Assembly (NCBI GenBank): GCA_035266345.1
Contig: DATFNP010000042.1
Span: 9,660 to 73,659 of the forward strand
Length of the DNA stretch: 64,000 nucleotides
DNA from: Candidatus Sulfotelmatobacter sp.
GTDB lineage: Bacteria > Acidobacteriota > Terriglobia > Terriglobales > Acidobacteriaceae
Direction: 5' to 3'
Shown: one piece after another, positions 6,478 to 14,257 of the stretch
Numbering within the stretch: the first letter of the stretch is position 1
Layout: each line of letters starts with the position of its first letter
The notes under the pieces: model-generated
The model's database searches: none
The model's input: only the letters and a program-made list of their open reading frames with translations
Told to the model about the DNA's origin: nothing
Position numbers and translations under genes: made by a program

Positions 6478-9110
6478 AAACCAGGATCGTCCATCCGGTA
6501 ACGTCGATATCGGCCGCGCCGATCCCGATTGTGAATATCGACACCTTCGAGACTGCGCCACTCGTCTTGCTTGCTCGAAAATGGCACAATCACCATGGGT
6601 TTGTGATCGGGTTTGTTATCAAAATCGAAATCGAATGAGTACGCCTCGGAAGTCATCACCATGAACATGAAATTGTGGGGACGTGCACCCTCCCACATCT
6701 CCAGCATCTTGAACACGTTCCAAGTCGATACGGAGAAGCGCATCATCTCCGGAAGTGAAGCCCAATCCGGTCGTGTGCGTTCTAATCCCAGAAATTCGCG
6801 CACGATGTAATCCCACATCTCGTAAACCCACAGTGGCGCGTCTTTTCTCCAATTTCCCGGGTTGTCTTTTGGGGGATAGAGAAAGCCGATTCCGTGCGCT
6901 TTGGGATTGACGATTTTTGTATCTGTTAATTTCCCGCGTCTGTTCAATACCTTTTCAAGTAGCGCGTATCTTTTGGCTGCTATGCCCACACCCCACAACT
7001 GCCGACGCACCTTTTTCTTCGCGTTGCAGTTGCATCCGCGCACCTCACAAACTCCGGCTTCATCATGCTCGGTTTTGAGTTCATGCGAACATTTGCACAC
7101 GTAATTGTCATCTGTGAGATTCAGTAGGTCCTGCACTACGTCCGGGTCGTACGGATTGAGCGCCTGGAACTTGGCAGTAATTCGGTCAACGTCATCCCAG
7201 GTCAAAATACGTTTACCCTGCGCGCCGGGGGTACGCAGCGTGCCGCCATTCTTCGATGCCACAATCGCCAAACTGTCGGTGTCGCAGTATAGATATGTTC
7301 CTCCGGCTCGCGTCACTTCGACCTCTAGCATCGCGAGCAAAAGCCTTCCGGCGGACGTGATGAGAGTTGCCAGGTAGGGCGCGAGCCACTTTCCCCGTTT
7401 TTCGATTACGCAGGAAGAATCAGGGAAACACTCATCACCGGAGAACACCATCACGCGCCTGGGTTGCTTGAAATGCTCTGGAATCAACTCCACAAAGAAC
7501 CCGTAGATCGAATTGGCCAGGATCTTCAACCAGTAGTAGAGATCGGCATCATCCTTGTTGCGTTTGCGTTCCTCGATAATCTTTGTGAAGAGGTCAACCG
7601 AATCATCATTAGGATCAATCAGGACTTTGCCGCGTAGTCTTACGGCTCTCATCCCCGGCTGCTTTCCGGAGGGCACAATGCGGAATGCCTGTTGAATCTT
7701 GGGAATCTTGCCGGGTTGCTGAACCACTGCGGCCACGAGGTCGGGGCCAGCCATGTAGACGGGTTCGGGATGAGCTGGGTTCGGATGCAAGTAGTTGTTG
7801 CCGATGTTATGGGTCACACCATCGTAGACAGTCCGGATGGGCAGGATGTCCCCATCAGGCAATACGCGGGCCACAAAGTTGAGATTGCGCCATGTGTCAC
7901 GCCGGAAGCATCTTTCCATAGTGATAGTCGCAACGAGGCGCTTTACGTTTTCCGTATCATCGACAAAGTCCAAACGCTCAGCCGTCAAGAATTTAAACAG
8001 CCCAAGGTTTGCACAACAGGATGGATACTCGGAGGTGTAATCAACAGGGGCCACGGGCACAACTTCGTGGCGGATTCGGCATTCGGAGCGACCGCCGTAG
8101 TAGCTCTGCATCCAACACCCAAGCTTTTCGTTGGGCACCTTGAACTTGACCTCAGGTCGTTCGATCCCCATTGCCTTCAGGTACGCTTTGGCAATACTCG
8201 CAGGTGAATAGGCATTCCAAGGCTTCAAATCTAGATCGGCATGCCTGTCAAATTCCTGCTTACAGGCGTTCAGCAATGCAATCGTGCAGCGGACATCCTG
8301 ACGGCAGTGTTCAATTTCCTCAGGTGTGACTCCGCCACTCGGATCATGATCATCTTTCTGGGGTAGGTTCTGCCCTTTGAAAGGACCGCCTTTGTTGTCA
8401 CAGGCAGTCCTAAGCGAGTGCGACTTGTTGTAAAGCACCCAGAGCAAGGTCCGAAGGTCGAGAAAGTGGATGTTTCTACCTGCGTCCTTCCACTCGTGTT
8501 GATTCTTCTTCCAAGGTCGCCACAGCTTGATTATCTGTTTCTTGCTGTCTATTGGTGTGATCAGGATGCGGGGATAATTGCAATTTTCGGGGCCGTCGGC
8601 ATATTGCATCAGCACGAGCGACCATTCGCCCTTATTCCCGTCCGTCCAGTCCAGGGTGATCCGCGTGAGATCGTAGCCGAGATTAAAGCCGACCACCATG
8701 GAACCGTCTCGCTTCAGCGCGGGCCAGAGTACCTTCTCCATGAACTGGGTGCGCGAGTAAAGCGGGAAGCGGGGAGGAAATGACGGTACATCGGAGACCG
8801 CCGTCTCCGTGTAAGTTTTGAGAACTTTGAGATCTTTCACGGGCAGGTCGTCAGCATGGAAAATCCCCTCTTCGATGACCTCATATTTCTGTCCGACTAG
8901 CTTGCTGCAGCGCCGCCATACGCCAAAGGTGAGTGACTGATCTACTGTGACCCGGCTTTCGGTATCGAACGCGAGGATGTCCGGCCACTTGGGTTCGCCC
9001 AGGGCATTGTTCTCCCCTTCGGTATTGGCGGTCTTTTTCTTCTTTTTCTTTCTCTCTATCGGTACGGCAAGAGCGCGCAAAAAGAGATCGTGAGTCTCAA
9101 TCATTTCCAA
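6405..9110 (-). CDS. polB: Family B DNA polymerase (3'-5' exonuclease plus polymerase domains)
   Basis: 901 aa. Motifs: Exo I AFDTES; Exo II VGFNLGYDLTRI; motif A VDYTSEYPS; motif B KILANSIYGFF; motif C YCDTDSLAIV; KxY IAAKRYALL. Confidence 0.92.
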   Translation of the reverse strand: MEMIETHDLFLRALAVPIERKKKKKKTANTEGENNALGEPKWPDILAFDTESRVTVDQSLTFGVWRRCSKLVGQKYEVIEEGIFHADDLPVKDLKVLKTYTETAVSDVPSFPPRFPLYSRTQFMEKVLWPALKRDGSMVVGFNLGYDLTRITLDWTDGNKGEWSLVLMQYADGPENCNYPRILITPIDSKKQIIKLWRPWKKNQHEWKDAGRNIHFLDLRTLLWVLYNKSHSLRTACDNKGGPFKGQNLPQKDDHDPSGGVTPEEIEHCRQDVRCTIALLNACKQEFDRHADLDLKPWNAYSPASIAKAYLKAMGIERPEVKFKVPNEKLGCWMQSYYGGRSECRIRHEVVPVAPVDYTSEYPSCCANLGLFKFLTAERLDFVDDTENVKRLVATITMERCFRRDTWRNLNFVARVLPDGDILPIRTVYDGVTHNIGNNYLHPNPAHPEPVYMAGPDLVAAVVQQPGKIPKIQQAFRIVPSGKQPGMRAVRLRGKVLIDPNDDSVDLFTKIIEERKRNKDDADLYYWLKILANSIYGFFVELIPEHFKQPRRVMVFSGDECFPDSSCVIEKRGKWLAPYLATLITSAGRLLLAMLEVEVTRAGGTYLYCDTDSLAIVASKNGGTLRTPGAQGKRILTWDDVDRITAKFQALNPYDPDVVQDLLNLTDDNYVCKCSHELKTEHDEAGVCEVRGCNCNAKKKVRRQLWGVGIAAKRYALLEKVLNRRGKLTDTKIVNPKAHGIGFLYPPKDNPGNWRKDAPLWVYEMWDYIVREFLGLERTRPDWASLPEMMRFSVSTWNVFKMLEMWEGARPHNFMFMVMTSEAYSFDFDFDNKPDHKPMVIVPFSSKQDEWRSLEGVDIHNRDRRGRYRRYRMDDPGFHPLTYGHMIEEYIRHHQSRRLQC

Positions 9111-9114
9111 TCCC

Positions 9115-9408
9115 TCATTTCGAGTTGCCCTCTAGTGCTTTTTCTTTCTCGATGTCTGAAGCAATTTCCTTTTCGAGCATGTCAAGCAGCATCCACATGA
9201 ACAGAACCGTCATCTTCAGGGCACGGATGAGCCTGTGAAAGCGATTCGGAGTGGAGCGTAGATCAATTCCGGCAGCCCGCTGTCTCGCATGGAAAATTAC
9301 TTGACACCTGGCGCAGAGCGACATGGTGAACCATGCAATGAAATTCTGCCCCCCGACGTGATGCTGCGTCACATCACAGGTGCTACCGCAGAGATTGCAC
9401 CGTCTCAT
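9115..9408 (-). CDS. Small HNH-like zinc-finger protein
   Basis: CNLCGSTCDVTQHHVGGQNFIAWFTMSLCARCQVIFH fits CxxC..HH..G.N..LCxxC..H. Its start overlaps the stop of 9405-10031. Confidence 0.8.
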   Translation of the reverse strand: MRRCNLCGSTCDVTQHHVGGQNFIAWFTMSLCARCQVIFHARQRAAGIDLRSTPNRFHRLIRALKMTVLFMWMLLDMLEKEIASDIEKEKALEGNSK

Positions 9409-10031
9409 GCGGCACCCCCGAAGTACGGGATGACCTGTTCACTACCGAAATGTTCGGGGAGATTGTCTTGCTCGCCCAACCTCCGAAGGGTTTTCGGGTC
9501 GGTCAGAAGCTCGTACCCTTGGACCGTTACGCCTCGCCATTTATCAAGCGCAGTAAGATCGCCTCTTTGAAAACGGAAGACATCGTTGCGGAAACGTGCA
9601 ATCTCGTTCCTGGCCTTTGAGCCTTCGATTTTGATTATGATTGGACCACTCGGGCCGGGAACTTCCATCCGGCGGACATAACGATCAGCGATGGCGCGGA
9701 TTCTGCCGTTCCTGTCCTTTTTGAATGCCTTGGGTATGTATTTCCAAAAGTCGCGGGTCGTGACGCCTCGGCCCTCTGCAGCTTGCGAAGCCGTGAGCTT
9801 GTGGTCGCGCAACATATCCGCATGCGCCGCCAGTGCATCCCCACGTTTCCTTAGCTCCGCCGGAGAGAGTAACCATGGGCGAGGCGCGCGATAGTGCTTA
9901 GAAACTGCGGCCGTGGCACGAGCAATTTCACCCGCGCGCGCAGATCGCGCTAAACTTGAGTTGATTGGTTTAGTTTTTCTGGCCCCCGGTAGCCTGGCGC
10001 GGCGAGCCTGGGACCTTCTTTTTGACGGCAT
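9405..10031 (-). CDS. Conserved element protein of unknown function (208 aa, basic N-terminus)
   Basis: Positional counterpart of 4905-5459, translationally coupled to the HNH-like gene. N-terminus: MPSKRRSQARRAR. Confidence 0.7.
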   Translation of the reverse strand: MPSKRRSQARRARLPGARKTKPINSSLARSARAGEIARATAAVSKHYRAPRPWLLSPAELRKRGDALAAHADMLRDHKLTASQAAEGRGVTTRDFWKYIPKAFKKDRNGRIRAIADRYVRRMEVPGPSGPIIIKIEGSKARNEIARFRNDVFRFQRGDLTALDKWRGVTVQGYELLTDPKTLRRLGEQDNLPEHFGSEQVIPYFGGAA

Positions 10032-10046
10032 TGGCTCACCCCGCGC

Positions 10047-10268
10047 TCATGCTGTTTCCCTCAAAGCTGCTGCTCTAGTGCGACCAGGCCCATGGTTGGC
10101 TTGTACGAAAGCCTCCAAAGCCACAACGGGGATAATCCGTCGGCGACCTACCTTGCGGCTTGGTAGCTCCCGCCGCAGAACAAGAGTCGCTACTGTTCGA
10201 GCGGACAGCCCCAACCGCCGGGCTGCCTCAACCATCCCCACCGCAAGCACAGTTTCATCTCGGTGCAT
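10047..10268 (-). CDS. Excisionase-family helix-turn-helix DNA-binding protein
   Basis: MHRDETVLAVGMVEAARRLGLSARTVATLVLRRELPSRKVGRRRIIPVVALEAFV is nearly identical to the 4663-4899 product. Confidence 0.85.
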   Translation of the reverse strand: MHRDETVLAVGMVEAARRLGLSARTVATLVLRRELPSRKVGRRRIIPVVALEAFVQANHGPGRTRAAALRETA

Positions 10269-10390
10269 CTTCGAGCCTCCTATTTATTGCCCTTGCAGTG
10301 GCTAACCAGCAAGGCGCATAATATAGTTGTGTTGTACGGGATGATGACAATCACGGTCAATGATAGAGAAGCAGTTTTTGCCCTTTAATT
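10269..10390. promoter_or_regulatory. Divergent control region of the right module, with two TTGCCCTT motifs
   Basis: TTATTGCCCTTG at 10284-10295 and TTTTGCCCTTT at 10376-10386, the reverse complement of the motifs in 4543-4662. Confidence 0.45.
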
Positions 10391-11158
10391 ATGGGAGCCG
10401 GTAGACCACAAAAAGCCGACCCTGGATCGGTCTACGCGTTCGCGCACCAGTTTTATTGGGATTTCCGGAGGATCGCCGAGGGGAATCTTCGGTGGACACT
10501 GGACAGGGTAAAGCTTCGACAGTCGACCATCGAGCTTGAGAACTTGAACATCCCCGCAGAGGCAGCCAAGAAAGCTGAGGAAGAAATTCAAGCTGGTCTC
10601 TTAGAAGCATCCAAAAAGCAGGAACGGTGCCGGGAGCTGGAGGATCAACTCTCCTCAACACGGCCACTGTGGTCCCGTATCGTAAGAGAGGATGCTATGA
10701 AGGAAGTCAGGATACCGGGTGAACCCGGAGTCCTTAAGGAATTGCTGGACCCGGCAACGACTCCGGAGCGGATACGAGAGGTCTGCAGAGAAGCAGTCAT
10801 GACTAGGAAGGTTGAAGTTGAACCCGGCGTGCAGAAGGAAATAGAAGTAGAGGCCTGGCCCATTCCTCCAGGCAGTCCATTTCCCACATATTTGTCTCAG
10901 TACGCAGAACAGTACGTTGCTGCCTTGCACGACCCGCGTTTCCCTCGCTGTAATGTTTCAATCCGCCCGTCGACCCGACTGAAGCAATTCTGGTTTCTAT
11001 CTCGCGCCCTCGCGGGTGCGCTTTTCGGGGTTACCACACGCACAGCCATCAATCTGGTCGGCTCCCTCCGACCCGAAGAGATTTTCGAAGAATCTCGGGA
11101 TGCAAAACCGGCACGCAAACGGGTGAGGCGAAAATACAAATCGCGGCCCGCAAGCTAA
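10391..11158 (+). CDS. Conserved element protein of unknown function (255 aa), paralogue of 3748-4542
   Basis: MGAGRPQKADPGSVYAFAHQFYWDFRRIAEG ... LHDPRFPRCNVSIRPSTRLKQFWFLSRALAGALFGVTTRTAINLVGSLRPEE. Confidence 0.8.
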   Translation: MGAGRPQKADPGSVYAFAHQFYWDFRRIAEGNLRWTLDRVKLRQSTIELENLNIPAEAAKKAEEEIQAGLLEASKKQERCRELEDQLSSTRPLWSRIVREDAMKEVRIPGEPGVLKELLDPATTPERIREVCREAVMTRKVEVEPGVQKEIEVEAWPIPPGSPFPTYLSQYAEQYVAALHDPRFPRCNVSIRPSTRLKQFWFLSRALAGALFGVTTRTAINLVGSLRPEEIFEESRDAKPARKRVRRKYKSRPAS

Positions 11159-11236
11159 GCTTCTTGAAGTAAAACGGGCCTGCCGACTGTTAGTAGCAGC
11201 CGACAAGCCCTGACCACCACAGGAGGCATTACTCCA

Positions 11237-12763
11237 ATGGCAGCTTCGCCCACGCTACCGCACTCGCACGCCCTCCGCAAATCTGGCGTCCTGGTCTTGA
11301 ATGGCTATGGCATCCGCGTCCAGGTGAACGCCGGTCATTTGCTCTTGCATGATGGGATAGCCGACGACCGCTGCACCATCCGCCTGCCCCGTGTAAACCA
11401 TGGTCTGAAAAGGTTGGTGCTGATCGGGAGCGACGGTTTCATTACGCTAGAAGCCCTGCGCTGGCTGGCTGATCAGGACGCGAGTTTCGTGATGCTTGAC
11501 CGCAGAGGCAAGGTGCTTGCCGTTACTGGTCCTGTTTCTCCATCGGATGCCAAGCTCCGCCGAGCACAGGCGCTCGCAATCGGCAACGGGACGGCGCTCA
11601 AGATTTCCAAGGAACTCATCTCCCAAAAGCTCGCCGGGCAGGAGCTACTCGTGCGGGATATGCTGCATGATTCCGCGGCAGCAGACGCAATTGCTCGATT
11701 CAAGGATGAACTACAAAGCGCGGAAGGTATAGAAGTCGTGCGGCTGATCGAAGCGCAGGCTGCGCGCTGCTATTGGCAATCGTGGGCTAACATACCGATT
11801 CACTGGCCGCGCAAGGACGAGCGCCGTGTGCCGGAACATTGGAAGCGATTTGGTTCCCGCATCTCACCCTTGACCCACAGTCCACGCCTTGCGGCCAACC
11901 CGCCGAATGCCTTGAGCAACCTGATCTATTCGATCCTGGAGGCGGAATCGAGACTAGCTGCATCGGCGATGGGCCTTGATCCCGGCATCGGCTTGCTCCA
12001 CGTGGACACCCCCAACAGGGATTCTCTCGCCTGTGACATCATGGAGCCGATACGCGCGAAGTGTGATGCCTTTGTTCTTGATTGGCTTCAGCGAGAGCCG
12101 CTCCGCCGCTCCGACTTTTGGGAGGACCGTAATGGGAACTGCCGCATTGCGTCACCGTTGGCCATCAAGCTCTGCGAGACTTCGGACACGTGGCGCAAAC
12201 TAGTAGCTCCGGTAGCAGAATATGTCGCGCAAGAGATTTGGTCCTCCGCGTCCAAACCAAGTTCCGTATCCAAGATTGCTCGACAATTGATCGCAACTCG
12301 CCTTACGCAGCGCTACAAACGCGAAGCAAAAGGTGGCGACCTACCAAAAGTTGGCCAGCCTAAACCCGAACATGTTTGCAGCGATTGCGGAGTCAAGATT
12401 CCAGTCGATGGGCAGCGCTGCTGGAAATGCTCAAAGCGGGTTACGGGTGTCAACTTCAAAGCCGGGCGTAAGTGCGCACAGCAACCGGAGCACCTAGCAA
12501 AGCGGGCAGCCACCATGCGGCGGCACAAGCAGGCCATTCGAAATTGGAAACCCTCAGACCTCCCGGCGTGGCTCACCCGCGATGTCTACCTAAAGCGGAT
12601 TCAGCCCGCGCTTGCCAGCGTCGCGAAGGCGCAAATCGGCGCCCTGCTGGGCGTAAGCGAGCCGTACTCATCGGACATTCAGGCGGGCAGGCGTATTCCG
12701 CATCCGAGGCACTGGCAGGCGCTGGCCCAACTGGTCGGTCTTCCGCCTGGCGGTGCTCATTGA
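11237..12763 (+). CDS. cas1: Cas1-family integrase (casposase-like) with C-terminal Zn-ribbon and HTH extension
   Basis: 508 aa. Signatures: IEAQAARCYW, NPPNALSNLIY, GLDPGIGLLHVD, SLACDIMEPIRAKCD. C-terminus carries CSDC..CWKC and the HTH-like IGALLGVSEPYSSDIQAG. Roughly two-thirds identical by eye to 2105-3670. Confidence 0.92.
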   Translation: MAASPTLPHSHALRKSGVLVLNGYGIRVQVNAGHLLLHDGIADDRCTIRLPRVNHGLKRLVLIGSDGFITLEALRWLADQDASFVMLDRRGKVLAVTGPVSPSDAKLRRAQALAIGNGTALKISKELISQKLAGQELLVRDMLHDSAAADAIARFKDELQSAEGIEVVRLIEAQAARCYWQSWANIPIHWPRKDERRVPEHWKRFGSRISPLTHSPRLAANPPNALSNLIYSILEAESRLAASAMGLDPGIGLLHVDTPNRDSLACDIMEPIRAKCDAFVLDWLQREPLRRSDFWEDRNGNCRIASPLAIKLCETSDTWRKLVAPVAEYVAQEIWSSASKPSSVSKIARQLIATRLTQRYKREAKGGDLPKVGQPKPEHVCSDCGVKIPVDGQRCWKCSKRVTGVNFKAGRKCAQQPEHLAKRAATMRRHKQAIRNWKPSDLPAWLTRDVYLKRIQPALASVAKAQIGALLGVSEPYSSDIQAGRRIPHPRHWQALAQLVGLPPGGAH

Positions 12764-12770
12764 CCCCATG

Positions 12771-12792
12771 ATGAGTGTAAACGGGATTTTGC
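12771..12792 (+). repeat. 22-bp direct repeat, copy A (ATGAGTGTAAACGGGATTTTGC)
   Basis: Matches 13487-13508 at 20 of 22 positions. Begins 8 nt after the right cas1 stop codon. Confidence 0.85.
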
Positions 12793-12815
12793 AACATTTG
12801 AGCAAGGCCACTGAC

Positions 12816-13385
12816 TTACGGTGAACGAGGAAGGCCCCTTCCCACTTCAATAATCATGTAGGGTCCTGTTGGAAATTCGCGTCCATCCGCCTCGATCACA
12901 AACCTCACCATCTCGCCTTTTAGCTTACCGCGAGCCGCCGTGGCTTCGGACCCTATCGAGAGAGTCTGACCGGGCCAAAGTCGCTTGTCCACCAGTTTGG
13001 ATTGTGCGATCCCTAGAGGGTATGGGCGACAATAGGTTCCCGCCGTATCAAAGAGCGTTTTCCAACTGTGCGTTCCCGTGTCCAACTGCTCAAGTCTATA
13101 CGGGACGCTCACTCCATGAGCGCCTGCGTCCGAAACAAATTCACATCTCTCGATTGTCGCTGGGAAGAGCCCGAAGTTTGTAAGGTGCGCATCAATGAGT
13201 TGCGTGATGCCCGGTATTCCAGTGTCGCCGTCGGAGACGGTCACATCAGCGTGCAGTCCAAGCGAGACGAAGTGGCCATATTGCGAGTGATGGTGAATTT
13301 GCAGGGCTCCGAGCGCAAGTACGAGAAACGAAAACACGGCAACCAAAGTCAAGGTCACGGGCCGCATTCTAAGAGCACGTTGCAT
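12816..13385 (-). CDS. Hypothetical secreted or membrane-anchored protein (189 aa)
   Basis: N-terminal hydrophobic signal-like segment VTLTLVAVFSFLVLALGAL. Lies entirely between the two 22-bp direct repeats. Confidence 0.55.
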   Translation of the reverse strand: MQRALRMRPVTLTLVAVFSFLVLALGALQIHHHSQYGHFVSLGLHADVTVSDGDTGIPGITQLIDAHLTNFGLFPATIERCEFVSDAGAHGVSVPYRLEQLDTGTHSWKTLFDTAGTYCRPYPLGIAQSKLVDKRLWPGQTLSIGSEATAARGKLKGEMVRFVIEADGREFPTGPYMIIEVGRGLPRSP

Positions 13386-13486
13386 AGCAGATCATGATAG
13401 ACCCGACTCGATGACCCAACCAACGCAGCAGCTTGTGTTTAGCAGGACAATTGACGAAATCAGGCGATTACACGTTTTGACGGTCA

Positions 13487-13508
13487 ATGAGTGATAACGG
13501 GATTTTGC
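13487..13508 (+). repeat. 22-bp direct repeat, copy B (ATGAGTGATAACGGGATTTTGC)
   Basis: Matches 12771-12792 at 20 of 22 positions. Confidence 0.85.
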
Positions 13509-13521
13509 GCCAACCCACGCC

Positions 13522-13944
13522 CTAATTTCCGTCAGGGCATTTGCAGGGAGTCGGAGGCGGTGGTGGCGGCGGTGGCGCTACTAGGAACGTATTCAACTGC
13601 GCAGTTGGAAGCTCGTAGAGGCCGCCGACCCTCAACCAGCAATACAACGCGAGCGCAGCCACCGGAATGCCGATCAGCAACGAGACTGCAAGTTTCCTCG
13701 AAGGTAGATGAAGCGGCTCGATTGCCTTCCGGGCTATGAAGAACCTTCCCATCGGCAGCGCCAATCCCACGACCATGATCAAAAACATCAGGATCGACCT
13801 GACCATCTGTGTGGTCATTCCCGATCCTGAAATCGCGTTGTAAAGAAACTCAGGGAACGTAAGCATGAGTTCCCCACGTGCCAGCGCTCCAACAAGGGGA
13901 CGGATGAAAACTGGAAACGCCCAGAACCACACGATGACAAACAT
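13522..13944 (-). CDS. Hypothetical integral membrane protein with poly-Pro C-terminus
   Basis: Several hydrophobic segments (MFVIVWFWAFPVFI, ILMFLIMVVGLAL, LLIGIPVAALALYCW). The tail has a PPPPPPPP run. The start was chosen at the internal Met because the upstream part of the ORF is a G-rich, Arg/Pro-rich stretch that is unlikely to be coding. Confidence 0.5.
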   Translation of the reverse strand: MFVIVWFWAFPVFIRPLVGALARGELMLTFPEFLYNAISGSGMTTQMVRSILMFLIMVVGLALPMGRFFIARKAIEPLHLPSRKLAVSLLIGIPVAALALYCWLRVGGLYELPTAQLNTFLVAPPPPPPPPTPCKCPDGN

Positions 13945-14257
13945 CACGAACCACGCAAGGAGAGAGCGCTTCGCATAGCCCGCGCTTCTCGCTCTACCAG
14001 CTAGCCCCGCGCCTCGCGCGGGCGGGCGGGCCCGGCGGGCTGGGTGTTCCAGCGGGCGGGTTCGGGGTTCCTGGGAGCGCGCGGGCGGGGGCGGCCAGGT
14101 CAAAATCGGGGGGTATGGCCGTCCATCCGGCGCTGTGGTATTACGGTGCCCCGAGTGACCCCGCTGGGTGGGGGGTGGAGCCGTTTTTCCCGTAGCCACA
14201 TCCTACCCGAACCAGTATTGACGCCATCCCCCTCAGCCCCTAACATTCCTCTAACGC

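Larger units (their letters stand above)
6405..12792. mobile_element. Casposon-like module, right copy (PolB, HNH-like, unknown, Xis-HTH, unknown, Cas1). The outer boundary is tentatively at the 22-bp repeat 12771-12792 or 13487-13508.
   Basis: Cas1 plus a full-length family B polymerase plus HNH plus HTH genes, with no CRISPR array. This is the defining casposon gene set. Confidence 0.65.

Noticed and set aside
9030-9056. Homopolymeric T/C-rich run encoding KKKKKK in PolB, considered as a programmed slippage site
   Set aside because: The reading frame is intact through the run and the flanking protein sequence aligns with the left-copy fragment, so nothing indicates frameshifting.
10355-10365. 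11-mer ACGGTCAATGA shared between the right-module control region and the flank of repeat copy B (13480-13490)
   Set aside because: It is a single short match without extension on either side, so it could be chance. It is mentioned here only so it can be rechecked once the element ends are known.
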